From positions 224,001 to 288,000 of the forward strand of contig JBBIPC010000001.1 in the NCBI GenBank assembly GCA_037443035.1: a stretch of 64,000 nucleotides of DNA. Reading direction: 5' to 3'. Positions within the stretch are counted from its first letter, which is position 1; every line of letters begins with the position of its first letter. The notes beneath the pieces were generated by a model, which saw nothing but the letters and a program-made list of their open reading frames with translations, was not told the DNA's origin and did not search any database. A program made the position numbers and the translations under genes. Below, one piece after another: positions 39,928-50,169 of the stretch. Source of the DNA: Chthonomonadales bacterium (GTDB lineage Bacteria > Armatimonadota > Chthonomonadetes > Chthonomonadales > CAJBBX01).

Positions 39928-41316
39928 TCAGTCGCTCTCCCCAATCTCTGTCACCCACGTCTTCAGCGCAACGATGGCCCCCTCCCGATCGCCTGGTGCC
40001 AACGTGCCCTCTAGGATGCGACTAACCAGATACTCCTTGGCCCTCCCCACCAGTGGACCTTGCGCTATACCCAGCACCGCCATGATGTCGCGCCCGTCCA
40101 GCGGGCTGCATAGCTCCGCCACGTTCATCTGACGGTTCACCTGCTCGACTCGCTCCCGGACGGCGCGAAGATCCGTGGGGTCGGCCCGGTCGCTCATCGC
40201 CGCCATGTCCGCTTTTGCTAGATCGTACAAGGCATCGAGTCTTGGCGAAGTATCGCGGATGAGGCGTCGGATGGCAGCATCGCTCCAGTCCGGCCTCACC
40301 TGGCCCAGTCGCATGTGCAACGCGACAAGAGCACTCACCTCCGCAATCACGTCAGACGGCAGGCGCAATCTCTGGAGCACTCGTCGGGTCATTTCCGCTC
40401 CGACGGTCTCGTGGCGATAGAAGTGGACACCACGTTCATCCACACTGCGGGTCACCGGCTTTCCGACATCGTGGAATAGCACCGCAAGACGGAGGGACAA
40501 GGGCGCCGAAGCTGGCAAGTGGCACAACGCCTCCATGGTATGATCCCAGACGTCGAACGAATGCCACTCGTTCTGCTCCACACCACGCATGGCTACTAGC
40601 TCCGGCATGATCCGTGCGAGCAAGCCGGATTGCTCCAATAGCTCCAGGCCGAGTCTGGGATTCCTGGAGCTGATAATCTTCACGAACTCGTCACGGATTC
40701 GTTCCGCAGATACCACCCTTGGGTTCGCACCTAGAAGATCCACACGATGGGCTTGCTGCCGCACAGCGTCCCAGGCACGTGCTTCGATAGTGAAACCGAG
40801 TGTTACGGCGAACCGTATTGCACGGAACATGCGAAGGGGATCATCTTGAAACGTGCTACCGGGCTCCATCGGCGTCCGGATGATGCGCGCATCCAGGTCA
40901 GGCAGGGCATTGCCAGTAAGATCGAGGAGCACCGCATCATGAAGCCCTTCCAACAAGGTGTTGACCGTGAAGTCGCGGCGCATCACATCCTCGAGCAACG
41001 AAGCCGGACGCACGAACGGCTTTCGGGATCTCGGTTCGTAGCTTTCAGAGCGGGCTGTCGCCAGCTCGATCCCTACCCCGCGAATCTGGACTCGGGCCGT
41101 GCCAAAACGTGGGTAGACAACCGGACTGTGCTCCGACAGGCCAGCTTGGGCCAAGAAGCGAGCGAGCGCCACTGCGTCGCCCAGCACCACGAGATCCAGG
41201 TCGTTGCCAGGCGGAAGCCCAAGCAGCCGGTCCCGGATGGCACCACCCACCACGTAGACACGCTCATGGAAGGTGCTATTCTCGATCGCGGTTCGCAACT
41301 GGTCCAGGACAGTCAT
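39928..41316 (-). CDS. cca: tRNA nucleotidyltransferase (CCA-adding/poly(A) polymerase family, HD domain)
   Basis: VGGAIRD...DLD, RRDFTVN, DDPLRMFRAIRF, SAERIRDE, FHDVGK. Confidence 0.9.
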   Translation of the reverse strand: MTVLDQLRTAIENSTFHERVYVVGGAIRDRLLGLPPGNDLDLVVLGDAVALARFLAQAGLSEHSPVVYPRFGTARVQIRGVGIELATARSESYEPRSRKPFVRPASLLEDVMRRDFTVNTLLEGLHDAVLLDLTGNALPDLDARIIRTPMEPGSTFQDDPLRMFRAIRFAVTLGFTIEARAWDAVRQQAHRVDLLGANPRVVSAERIRDEFVKIISSRNPRLGLELLEQSGLLARIMPELVAMRGVEQNEWHSFDVWDHTMEALCHLPASAPLSLRLAVLFHDVGKPVTRSVDERGVHFYRHETVGAEMTRRVLQRLRLPSDVIAEVSALVALHMRLGQVRPDWSDAAIRRLIRDTSPRLDALYDLAKADMAAMSDRADPTDLRAVRERVEQVNRQMNVAELCSPLDGRDIMAVLGIAQGPLVGRAKEYLVSRILEGTLAPGDREGAIVALKTWVTEIGESD

Positions 41317-41456
41317 GGAGAGATTATGGCATCTGGCACGGTCAGGAGCCAGAGATGGACAGGGTGCTGCACGGACGGAGTACAATGCAGCATGCATCCA
41401 GGGACGGAGACTCTTCGAGCTGTGGCTAGCGTCGTCAGCGCCGTGGTAATGGCCGC

Positions 41457-42374
41457 GTGATGGTAGTAGCTTCCGCTCACGATCTCACGGTCTGCTACGG
41501 AAAGCGAGTGGCATTGCGGGAGCTGACCGTCGAGATACCCGAGGGCAGCGTAGGACTCCTGGGGCCAAACGGTGCCGGCAAGACCACCCTAATCAAGACA
41601 TGGCTTGGCTTCCTACGACCAGCAGGTGGTGTCGCAACCGTACTCGGTATGGATACCACTCGCGAGAGCCTGGCCATACGCCAGCGCATCGGTCTCATGC
41701 CCGAGCTGGACTGCCATATACCAGGAATGAACGCTGTATCCTACGTTGCGTACGCAGGCGAGCTGTGCGGTATGCCAGCCAGTCAGGCTCTGCGCCGGGC
41801 ACACGAGGTGCTGGAGTACTGCGGTCTAGGGGAGGCACGATACCGGCCGATCGAGACTTACTCCACGGGCATGCGGCAGCGCATCAAGCTCGCACAGGCT
41901 CTTGTCCACGGCCCCAGGCTTCTTCTTCTGGACGAGCCTACCAATGGCCTGGACCCAGAGGGCCGGACGGATATGCTGCATCTCATCCGAGAGATTTCTG
42001 GTTTCAAGGGCGTCAGCGTCGTTGTGTCGTCGCACCTGTTGCCTGACGTGGAGGAAACGTGTGATCATGTCATTGTCATGCAGGATGGCAGGGTCACGAA
42101 GCAAGGATCGGTCGCGTCACTGAGGGAAACCACTGGCCAGCAGGTGGACGTCGAACTGCGTGAGCCGGTGGATGCGTTCTTCGGCCTTCTGGAGTCGCAG
42201 GGCGCACAGGTCATCCAGAGGCTCGGTAGCCGATGCCGAATCCTGCTTCCAGATTCGACTCCTGACCCGGTGAGTGCTGTTCTACGAGCCGCTCTAACCA
42301 CAGGGGCGCAGGTGCGTGGTATTCGACCTGCCACACGATCCCTGGAGGACGTCTTCATGGAGGCGGTCTCATGA
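41457..42374 (+). CDS. ABC-2-type transporter ATP-binding protein
   Basis: GPNGAGKTT, YSTGMRQR, LDEPTNGLD. Confidence 0.93.
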   Translation: MMVVASAHDLTVCYGKRVALRELTVEIPEGSVGLLGPNGAGKTTLIKTWLGFLRPAGGVATVLGMDTTRESLAIRQRIGLMPELDCHIPGMNAVSYVAYAGELCGMPASQALRRAHEVLEYCGLGEARYRPIETYSTGMRQRIKLAQALVHGPRLLLLDEPTNGLDPEGRTDMLHLIREISGFKGVSVVVSSHLLPDVEETCDHVIVMQDGRVTKQGSVASLRETTGQQVDVELREPVDAFFGLLESQGAQVIQRLGSRCRILLPDSTPDPVSAVLRAALTTGAQVRGIRPATRSLEDVFMEAVS

Positions 42375-43369
42375 CAACAGACGCAGGGCAGACGACAGGC
42401 GGGACACCAGGGAGTCCTGCCAGTACCTCCCCCATCGCAGACCTGTCTTACCGGCACTATGAAGGCCCTTGGCGCTCGCACACGGTTCGTTGGTGGATCA
42501 TCGCGCTCTCTGGCATTCGTCCTGCGTTGCGCAAGTGGTGGTTCTGGCTTCTCGTCCTGCTATCTACAGGCCCGTATGTCTTGTGGGGCTTCTTGCTGTT
42601 CCTCGAAAGCCGTTTGGGGTCCGAGTTCCGCAGTGTCGCGTTCCAGACGCCACCCGAACAGCGCTTCGCTACGGTCTTCTTGCGCGCCTATGAGGGCAGC
42701 TTGTTCTGGATCATGATTCTTGCTCTCGTCCTGGGAGCCCCGAGCGTCGCTGCCGACAACCGCACGAATGCCCTCCAGGTGTATCTGTCCAAGCCAGTAA
42801 CGAAGTTGGACTACCTCCTCGGCAAATGGACTTCAGTGTTCGTCGTCGTTGCTCTCGCCATGCTCATCCCCTCAGGATTGCTGTTCGCGTATTGCATGCT
42901 GAGCTACTGGTCGGAAGGTTTCTTCCGCCACGAGCCTTGGCTCCTCCTTAAAGTTCTTTCGGCGGCTGTCGTCACTGCAAGCGCGTTTGCCTCGGTTTTC
43001 GTAGGCATCTCGGCCTGGTGCCGCTCGACCATGATGGCAGCGGCCGTCAGCGCGGGGCTCTACCTTGCCAGTCAGGTAGTAGCCTCGGTGCTATGGGTGG
43101 TGCTGAACTTCCGCGACCTGCAGTTTGGCAACGTCGCCGCGGACAGAACGCTTCAACACTCGTCTATAGGGGGTGTCATCAGCGGCGTTGTCTGGAATAT
43201 CTACGGTGTGGTCGTACGAGTGCCCATGCGCCATCGCGGACCGTTGGACATGGTGGATCTCCACGCTCCTCAGCTCTGGGTCATGCTCAGCGCATACTTG
43301 GTGCTCCTGGTGCTGGGAGTGTTGGCGGCCTTCTGGCGTGTGCGAGCTGTGGAGGTCATCACCTCGTGA
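42371..43369 (+). CDS. ABC-2-type transporter permease
   Basis: DNRTNALQVYLSKPV...YLLGK; multiple TM segments. Confidence 0.85.
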   Translation: MTTDAGQTTGGTPGSPASTSPIADLSYRHYEGPWRSHTVRWWIIALSGIRPALRKWWFWLLVLLSTGPYVLWGFLLFLESRLGSEFRSVAFQTPPEQRFATVFLRAYEGSLFWIMILALVLGAPSVAADNRTNALQVYLSKPVTKLDYLLGKWTSVFVVVALAMLIPSGLLFAYCMLSYWSEGFFRHEPWLLLKVLSAAVVTASAFASVFVGISAWCRSTMMAAAVSAGLYLASQVVASVLWVVLNFRDLQFGNVAADRTLQHSSIGGVISGVVWNIYGVVVRVPMRHRGPLDMVDLHAPQLWVMLSAYLVLLVLGVLAAFWRVRAVEVITS

Positions 43370-44286
43370 TTTCCCTGCGTCACGTGTCACGGTGGTACGG
43401 CCAGGTTCTTGGTGTGAACGATGTTACATGCAACCTCGGACCCGGACTGACGGCTCTGTTGGGCCCTAATGGGGCAGGCAAGTCGACACTCATCAAGCTC
43501 ATCACTGGCCAGCTCCGCCCGACGACCGGCGTAGTTTCCGTATTCGGGGAACGTCCATTCGGCAACACGGGCATCATGCGACGTATTGGCTATTGCCCTG
43601 AGATCGAGACTTGCTACGAGGAGATGACCGGTGGGGACTTCGTCCGCATGCTTGCAGCCATGGCTGGCATATCGAGAACGGAAGTCGAGAGCAAGGTCCG
43701 AGCCGCTCTCGAAGCCGTGCGGATGATGGAGCATGCGAGCCGGAGGATAGGAGCGTACTCCAAGGGCATGCGCCAACGGATCAAGATGGCCCAGGCGATC
43801 GTCCACGATCCCGAACTGTTGGTGCTGGATGAACCCCTCAATGGTCTGGATCCGGTGGGACGCCGTGAGATCACGGATCTCCTTGTCCGGTGGGCCGAGA
43901 TGGGTAGGTGCGTCCTCGTTTCGAGCCACATTCTCCATGAGGTGGAGCAAATGACGCGCAGCATTGTCCTCATGGATCGAGGACGGATCCGCGCAATGGG
44001 TGACATCTACCAGATCCGGGCGCTGATCGACTCTCATCCTCACCGTATCTCCATACGGGCTGAAGATGTACGAGGACTTGCGCGACGCCTGTTGGATATG
44101 CCCTATATCTTCAGCGTCCGTCTCTCCCAGCAGGACCCCAACGCTTTGGAGGTGGAAACGCCGTCGCCAGATCGTTTCTACGATGAGTTCCCGGCCATCG
44201 TCTTGAGGGACGGCTACAGAGTCTCTGCGTTCGAGTCCCCGGACAACAACCTCGAAGCTGTCTTCCAGTACCTGGTGAAGGGCTAG
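43366..44286 (+). CDS. ABC-2-type transporter ATP-binding protein
   Basis: GPNGAGKST, YSKGMRQR, LDEPLNGLD; GTG start overlapping the previous stop. Confidence 0.93.
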   Translation: MISLRHVSRWYGQVLGVNDVTCNLGPGLTALLGPNGAGKSTLIKLITGQLRPTTGVVSVFGERPFGNTGIMRRIGYCPEIETCYEEMTGGDFVRMLAAMAGISRTEVESKVRAALEAVRMMEHASRRIGAYSKGMRQRIKMAQAIVHDPELLVLDEPLNGLDPVGRREITDLLVRWAEMGRCVLVSSHILHEVEQMTRSIVLMDRGRIRAMGDIYQIRALIDSHPHRISIRAEDVRGLARRLLDMPYIFSVRLSQQDPNALEVETPSPDRFYDEFPAIVLRDGYRVSAFESPDNNLEAVFQYLVKG

Positions 44287-44295
44287 CTGGAGGCC

Positions 44296-45444
44296 ATGCT
44301 CGACATCTTTCTGATCCGTACCGCACTCAGGGACCTTCTGAAGGCTCGACGCCTTGCCGTCGCAGTGGTCTTGATCGTCGGTCCAGCGTTGATTGGCCTC
44401 GTGATTCGATTGGCGACGAGAGCACGATTCGATGGCGTCGCCACGTATGGCGCCCTGGCATCCCTGCTTGTCTTCGGTTTCGTTCTGCCCATCCTCGCAG
44501 TCGTGTTCGGCACTGGGGTGATTGCACAGGAGATGGAACAGAAGACGATAGTCTATCTGCTGACGAGACCGGTGCCGCGGTGGCGCATCTTGTTCGCCAA
44601 GTTCGTGGCGGCATGGCTTGTTGCGAGCATCACTGCGATTCTGGCGACCGTGCTTCTGGGCACGGTGACCAACCAGCCCAATGCCCAGACAGGCCGAGCC
44701 CGAATCTATCCGGAAGTGATCCGGGACGCCAAGGGTCTATGCTCTGCCCTCCAGCTCCCTGAGACGCCAGTGGCCGAGTACTTGTCCAGTCAGCTCTCGG
44801 CGCGAAGTCTTCGACTGCTGAATGCGTGGGACCCCGGGACTACGCCTGGCCGTAGGCTGGTTCAGTCCCTTATCAATGATCTAAACAGGATCATCGCCCA
44901 CGACGAGAACCTATACCGTCCGGAACGTTTCTCGGCAATACAGTTGCCGGAGGACGTCCGCCAGCTCGTTGCCGAAAGACCTGAAGGCGAGAACCTGGCC
45001 AGACGCAACCGTCTTCTTCTAGAGGTGGCCTTTCCAGGGGTATTCGCACCCATGCGGACTACCATCTCGCAGCTGCCGAGAGACATGCTCGTGCTTCCGC
45101 TAGGTGCGTTGGCCTACGCAGCCATCTCGCTCTTGCTGGCGACACTGTTCTCGCGAGCCTTGATCGTTGGTCTGTTCCTGGCATTCGGATGGGAATCCTG
45201 GGTGCCCATGCTTCCAGGCAACTTCAAGCTGGTCTCGGCGATGACCTACCTCCGCGCTCTCGCTCCGCACGCGCGGCCCGAAGTTGCCACCCCGGATCTC
45301 ATGAGCTTCTTCAGCGCCATGAATCCCGAGAGTGTTCCCGCAAACGTAGCGTGGATCGTGCTCCTGAGCATCGGCGTCGTAAGCCTCGTGCTGGCCATGT
45401 TCGTGTTCTCGCTGCGTGAGTACGTGCCGAAAGACGACGCGTGA
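44296..45444 (+). CDS. ABC-2-type transporter permease with an inserted soluble domain
   Basis: E.EQKTIVYLLTRPVPRW.IL.AK; about 130-aa hydrophilic insert. Confidence 0.85.
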   Translation: MLDIFLIRTALRDLLKARRLAVAVVLIVGPALIGLVIRLATRARFDGVATYGALASLLVFGFVLPILAVVFGTGVIAQEMEQKTIVYLLTRPVPRWRILFAKFVAAWLVASITAILATVLLGTVTNQPNAQTGRARIYPEVIRDAKGLCSALQLPETPVAEYLSSQLSARSLRLLNAWDPGTTPGRRLVQSLINDLNRIIAHDENLYRPERFSAIQLPEDVRQLVAERPEGENLARRNRLLLEVAFPGVFAPMRTTISQLPRDMLVLPLGALAYAAISLLLATLFSRALIVGLFLAFGWESWVPMLPGNFKLVSAMTYLRALAPHARPEVATPDLMSFFSAMNPESVPANVAWIVLLSIGVVSLVLAMFVFSLREYVPKDDA

Positions 45445-45475
45445 GGTACAAAGCCAGACCCCTCGTAGCTTTCCG

Positions 45476-45505
45476 TTGACACTCGTCGTCTCGCATGGCT
45501 ATACT
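45476..45505 (+). promoter_or_regulatory. Sigma70-type promoter of tyrS
   Basis: TTGACA-N18-TATACT. Confidence 0.6.
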
Positions 45506-45528
45506 GAGCGTACCACCCGACGAACGGC

Positions 45529-46797
45529 ATGGATCGAACCGGTGGTCACTGCCCAGACGTAGCGAGGTACCCCGACTTGGACATACCTGAGCAGGTTGCG
45601 CTGCTCATGCGCGGTACGACCGCCATCATTCCCGAGAACGGCCTCGAGCACAAGCTCCGAGCTGCTGCCGCGGCCCGCCGTCCTCTCATCGTTAAGCTCG
45701 GCCTCGATCCGACGGCGCCCGACATCCATCTCGGTAGCGCTGTCGTGCTACGGAAACTTCGCCAGTTCCAGGATCTCGGCCACCAGGTCGTCATCATCAT
45801 CGGCGACTTCACCGCCATGATTGGTGACCCGACAGGAAAGAGCGAGACACGCAGACAGCTTACGCGAGACGAAGTGACCGCAAACGCGCGAACCTACCAG
45901 GAGCAGTACTGCAGAATCCTGGATCCGGCCAGGACCAGTGTGCGGTTCAACAGCGAGTGGCTAGGCAGTATGGATTTCTATGACGTGATCCGGCTGGCAG
46001 CTCGGATGACGGTGGCCCAAGTCATGGAGCGGGACGACTTCGCCAACCGATGGAAAGAGGGGCGCACCATCAGCCTGCATGAGCTCCTGTATCCCCTCTG
46101 TCAGGCGTACGACTCCGTTGCCTTGCATGCCGACATCGAAATGGGCGGCACGGACCAGATGTTCAATATCCTCGCTGGCAGGGATCTCCAGACGCAGTTC
46201 GGTCAGGAGCCCCAGGTCGCCATGTTCATGCCATTGCTCGTCGGTCTGGACGGTGTGAACAAGATGTCCAAGTCGCTCGGCAACTATGTCGGTATTACAG
46301 AGGCGCCCGACGTCATCTATGGCAAGATCATGTCCATCAGCGACGATCTCATGCCGACGTATTTCGAGCTAGCCACTGAAGTACCAATGGACGAAGTGCG
46401 ATCCTTGATGGCCGACGTCCGGGCAGGTCGGGTCCACCCTAAGGATGCGAAGAAGCGTCTGGCTCGCGAGATCGTGACGATGTACCATAGTGCGGAGGCG
46501 GCGACCGTCGCAGAGGAGGAGTTCGAGAGAGTTCATGCGCATGGAGACGTCCCGACCGACATCCCTGAGTACGACATCCCCGAAAGTGTTTTCCGAGACG
46601 GCCGCGCATGGATCTGCCGTGTGCTCACGTTGGTGGGGTTTGCCAAGGGCACCGGTGAAGCACGACGCCTTGTGGAGCAAGGGGGCGTCTCGATCAACCA
46701 GGCCCGAGTGACATCGCCCGATGCCGAGTTCACCCGCGAGGAGCTCCGTGGGGCCGTGGTTCGAGTCGGTAACCGGCGTTTCGCACGGCTCGTGTAG
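45529..46797 (+). CDS. tyrS: Tyrosine-tRNA ligase
   Basis: KLGLDPTAPDIHLG, GDPTGKS, GGTDQ.FN, KMSKS, C-terminal S4 domain. Confidence 0.98.
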   Translation: MDRTGGHCPDVARYPDLDIPEQVALLMRGTTAIIPENGLEHKLRAAAAARRPLIVKLGLDPTAPDIHLGSAVVLRKLRQFQDLGHQVVIIIGDFTAMIGDPTGKSETRRQLTRDEVTANARTYQEQYCRILDPARTSVRFNSEWLGSMDFYDVIRLAARMTVAQVMERDDFANRWKEGRTISLHELLYPLCQAYDSVALHADIEMGGTDQMFNILAGRDLQTQFGQEPQVAMFMPLLVGLDGVNKMSKSLGNYVGITEAPDVIYGKIMSISDDLMPTYFELATEVPMDEVRSLMADVRAGRVHPKDAKKRLAREIVTMYHSAEAATVAEEEFERVHAHGDVPTDIPEYDIPESVFRDGRAWICRVLTLVGFAKGTGEARRLVEQGGVSINQARVTSPDAEFTREELRGAVVRVGNRRFARLV

Positions 46798-46928
46798 CCG
46801 CGAGTAGCAGTAATGCGGCCGTCGAGTCTTCGCTCCTGGCACACTTCAAAGGTGCGGATGGCACGTAGTCGGACATCCCCAGACCTCTATTCCGTACTCG
46901 TCACCCAGGGGCTTCCAGGCTGACCTCG

Positions 46929-48275
46929 ATGCTGGCGACTGAGCCAACTCCCGCCGGTGGGTGCGTCTCCAGTCCGGGCGCAGGTCCTGCCCTAGAGGTC
47001 GCGGACCTAGGTGGAGGCTACCTCAACCGTCGGGTGATCCAGAACGTTGCGTTTTCCGTCGGGACCGGCGAGCTAGTCGGTCTCATCGGCCCCAACGGCG
47101 CGGGCAAGTCCACGCTTCTGCGGTTGCTATCGGGTGTGCTGGCGCCGTGGACAGGTCGCGTCGTCGTGCTCGGACGAGATCTGGCATCCTATGGAACCCG
47201 TCAGCTCGCTCGGACCATTGCCTATGTGCCCCAATCAGAGCCGGCGCTTTTCGACTTCACCGTCCGCCAAGTAGTCATGATGGGCCGGCATCCCTACGTC
47301 TCCCGGTTCTCCGGCGAACACCCGGAAGACTATCGGATAGTCTCCCGGTCCATGGCGCTCGCCGATATCGTCCATCTTGCAGACAGACCGGTGACGACCC
47401 TTTCTGGAGGCGAGCATCGTCGCGTGCTCATCGCTAGAGCGATCGCCCAGCAGACACCTCTGCTCCTGCTCGACGAGCCTACCGCACATCTGGATCTGGC
47501 CCATCAGAGCGACATACTCGCTCTCATGGCAGACCTCTGCCGCGAGACACGGGCGACGGTCCTAGCAGCGTTGCACGACCTCAACCTCGCGGCGGATCAT
47601 TGCAACCGCCTCCTCCTGCTTGCCCATGGGCGGCTTCTTGCCGATGGATCGCCGGAGTCCGTGTTGCAACCAGATACGCTGGAGGATGTATACGGAGTCC
47701 CCGTAGCGGTGACACGGAACCCGCTGACGGGTCGCCCCCTTGCAAGTCCCCTCCGACGACAGACCCGTGAGAGCGGCCAGGGCGACTACCGTGTCCACGT
47801 GATCTGCGGCGGAGGAACTGGCGTCGAGGTGATGTCGGAACTGGCACGTTTGGGCCACGACGTGTCCGTCGGTGTGCTGAACCGACTCGATTCGGACCAT
47901 GAAGCGGCCGCCGCGCTGCGTATTCCCTGTATCGAGGAAGCACCGTTCTCGCCCATCAGTGACGGAGCGTTGGAGCGCGCCTATCAGACGGCTCGTGGGG
48001 CTCAGGTGGTCGTTGTCACAAGCATGCCGTTGGGCAGGGGTAACGTGCGTAACCTCGAACTCGCACAGCGCCTCGTGCAGGAAGGTCTCGGACTCGTTAT
48101 CCTAGAGGAAACACCGGTTGCCAACCGTGATTTCACTGGCGGGACGGGTGCACGGCTCTGGCATGAGCTCGCGGCAGCGGCTTTCGCTGTTACGGATACC
48201 AGCGACGGCGTAATTCGAGCACTCCGCCGCTTGCGCTCCGGCGGCCAGAGCGAGCGGGCCGCCGCGAGGCACTAA
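46929..48275 (+). CDS. Cobalamin/heme/siderophore-type ABC ATPase with a C-terminal Rossmann-like extension
   Basis: GPNGAGKST, LSGGE.RRV, DEPTAHLD, LHDLNLA; C-terminal VHVICGGGTG...GVLN.LD.D. Confidence 0.88.
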   Translation: MLATEPTPAGGCVSSPGAGPALEVADLGGGYLNRRVIQNVAFSVGTGELVGLIGPNGAGKSTLLRLLSGVLAPWTGRVVVLGRDLASYGTRQLARTIAYVPQSEPALFDFTVRQVVMMGRHPYVSRFSGEHPEDYRIVSRSMALADIVHLADRPVTTLSGGEHRRVLIARAIAQQTPLLLLDEPTAHLDLAHQSDILALMADLCRETRATVLAALHDLNLAADHCNRLLLLAHGRLLADGSPESVLQPDTLEDVYGVPVAVTRNPLTGRPLASPLRRQTRESGQGDYRVHVICGGGTGVEVMSELARLGHDVSVGVLNRLDSDHEAAAALRIPCIEEAPFSPISDGALERAYQTARGAQVVVVTSMPLGRGNVRNLELAQRLVQEGLGLVILEETPVANRDFTGGTGARLWHELAAAAFAVTDTSDGVIRALRRLRSGGQSERAAARH

Positions 48276-49099
48276 CGTCTGTGGCGATCGGCCAGATGCT
48301 TGCGCAGCAAGGCTTCCAGGATATCCGCCACATGCAGTTGTGCGGTAGCCCCGAGCCTCTGGGCGAGGCCCGGCGCAATCTTCGCTTCAAGTCGCAGTGC
48401 GATGTACGCCTGGACGGGAATGGCGAGCGTCCGCCGCCGCTCGACGAAACGCCTGAGTGCGGCGACCTGATGTGAGTCGAGGTCTGGTAGCGGAGGAATT
48501 CGCTCCATCCAAGCGACAACCGCCGGAGAAGCTTCGGTCGCTAACGAAACAGAAGGCAGTGGTCGGCGACGTTCCTTGATGACCACTGTGCCGGCAGCCC
48601 AGTCGCCTAGTCGCTTGTGCTCAGCACTCACGAACATGCTGATGACGCCTGCTCCGTAGATGGGTGGCAGCAGATCCGCCATCCTGACAATATTGCGGAC
48701 GACGGCAGCGAAGAGGTCAACGGGGTATCCGCCGTCCCTCACAACCCGGATTCCCGCGACACGCTTGCCAGGTGTAGCTCCAGCCCACCAGACCTCGAAG
48801 ACGATGAAGTATCCCCAGAAGACGATGAATAGCCACACCGACGAGCCGGCAAGGAACCAGTAAGGCGGTGTTTTCGCGAATACGCTCCCCAATTGGCCCA
48901 GTCCGAAACTCAGCACAGCGATCACGAACACACCGACGAGCATCAGTACTAGTTGGAGCAGGTGGTCTACGGCCACAGCGATGAAACGCGAACCGACGCC
49001 GGCGAGTTCGTAGCCAACCTCGACATTCTCCGGCGTGACAACAATCAGTTGGTGTTTGGGTAGCGCTGTATGATTTGCTGTCATGGGACGCTGTGTCAC
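48272..49099 (-). CDS. RDD family membrane protein
   Basis: TPENV...LAG.GSR..A..VD, G.TPGK...GIRVV, KRLGD.AAGT.V. Confidence 0.9.
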   Translation of the reverse strand: MTQRPMTANHTALPKHQLIVVTPENVEVGYELAGVGSRFIAVAVDHLLQLVLMLVGVFVIAVLSFGLGQLGSVFAKTPPYWFLAGSSVWLFIVFWGYFIVFEVWWAGATPGKRVAGIRVVRDGGYPVDLFAAVVRNIVRMADLLPPIYGAGVISMFVSAEHKRLGDWAAGTVVIKERRRPLPSVSLATEASPAVVAWMERIPPLPDLDSHQVAALRRFVERRRTLAIPVQAYIALRLEAKIAPGLAQRLGATAQLHVADILEALLRKHLADRHRR

Positions 49100-49155
49100 C
49101 TAGGGTAGGTTCGACGGGTATGATGACACACCTTGCCGGGAATAGGTGTCGCCCA

Positions 49156-50169
49156 ATGGATGAGACGGCCTTTCTGGACAACCGTCGAAAGGACTGGGAG
49201 CGGCTCGACAGTATCGTGAGGCGGGCGGTCCAATCGTCTGCCGGCGTGAAGCGCCTGTCGCGGGAAGACGTGCGTGAGTTCGGACCTCTGTACCGGCGAG
49301 TAGCTGCTGACCTGGCCTACAGCCGAACTCAAGGTGCCTCTGAAAACCTCGCAGGGTATCTGAATGACCTGGTAGCCGCGGCCCACGCCCTCCTGTATGC
49401 AACGGATCGGCGGAGTTGGCATGGTCTTGCCACATTCTTCGCTGCAGAGCTTCCACGGACCTTCCGAAGACGCCTGCCTTTCTTCTGGGCGGCGCTAGTT
49501 CTGACGCTGGGGGGCGCCGTGCTGTCCTATGCCATGGTCATGGTTTCGAAAGAGAACGTGGACTTCATCGTGCCACACGATCACATGCTGCGAAGCTCGC
49601 TGGACGCGTGGGTCAGCGGCCAGACGACGAGGAATGCTTCTGACCCTGAGTCAGTGGTCTATGCGACAGGTCTGATGGTCAACAATATCCAAGTTAGCTT
49701 CAATGCGTTCGCATTGGGTGTCCTTGGTGGTTTCCTGACTGCGTACGTTCTGTTCTTCAACGGCATGATACTGGGTGCGTTCGCTGCCATGGTCACGCAT
49801 GCGGGGACTCAGCATGCTTTCTGGTTGGGTGTCTTGCCCCACGGCGTCGTTGAGATCAGCGAGATACTCATTGCCGGGGCGGCGGGGCTGACGCTCGGCT
49901 GGGCCGTCCTGGCGCCAGGCAGAAGCCGTCGTCGAGACGCCTTGGCCGAAGCGGCACGAGATTCGGTGCGGCTGGTCTTAGGGGGTGTGATCCTACTCGT
50001 CTTCGCCGGCCTGACGGAGGGCTTTGTGTCCCACTCTACGCTCCCGGCGCCCGTGAAGCTCGCCATTGCGTTACTGAGTGGCGTCACTCTCTACGTGTAT
50101 CTATTTGGTGCCGGCCGGACCACTTCTACAGAAGCTGACGTCTCTTCAGATCGAGATACCGTTCAATGA
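49156..50169 (+). CDS. Stage II sporulation protein M (SpoIIM/DUF95) family membrane protein
   Basis: LYRRVAADL, NNIQV.F..FALG, NG..LG, LPHG..E, AGL.EGFVS; divergent from RDD. Confidence 0.88.
   Translation: MDETAFLDNRRKDWERLDSIVRRAVQSSAGVKRLSREDVREFGPLYRRVAADLAYSRTQGASENLAGYLNDLVAAAHALLYATDRRSWHGLATFFAAELPRTFRRRLPFFWAALVLTLGGAVLSYAMVMVSKENVDFIVPHDHMLRSSLDAWVSGQTTRNASDPESVVYATGLMVNNIQVSFNAFALGVLGGFLTAYVLFFNGMILGAFAAMVTHAGTQHAFWLGVLPHGVVEISEILIAGAAGLTLGWAVLAPGRSRRRDALAEAARDSVRLVLGGVILLVFAGLTEGFVSHSTLPAPVKLAIALLSGVTLYVYLFGAGRTTSTEADVSSDRDTVQ

Noticed and set aside
45445..45528. T-box leader for tyrS
   Set aside because: The promoter lies only about 25 nt before the start and there is no T-box motif.
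46798..46928. Possible cobalamin riboswitch before the BtuD-like gene
   Set aside because: No recognisable B12-box or GGGAA core; an Infernal/Rfam scan would be needed to exclude it fully.
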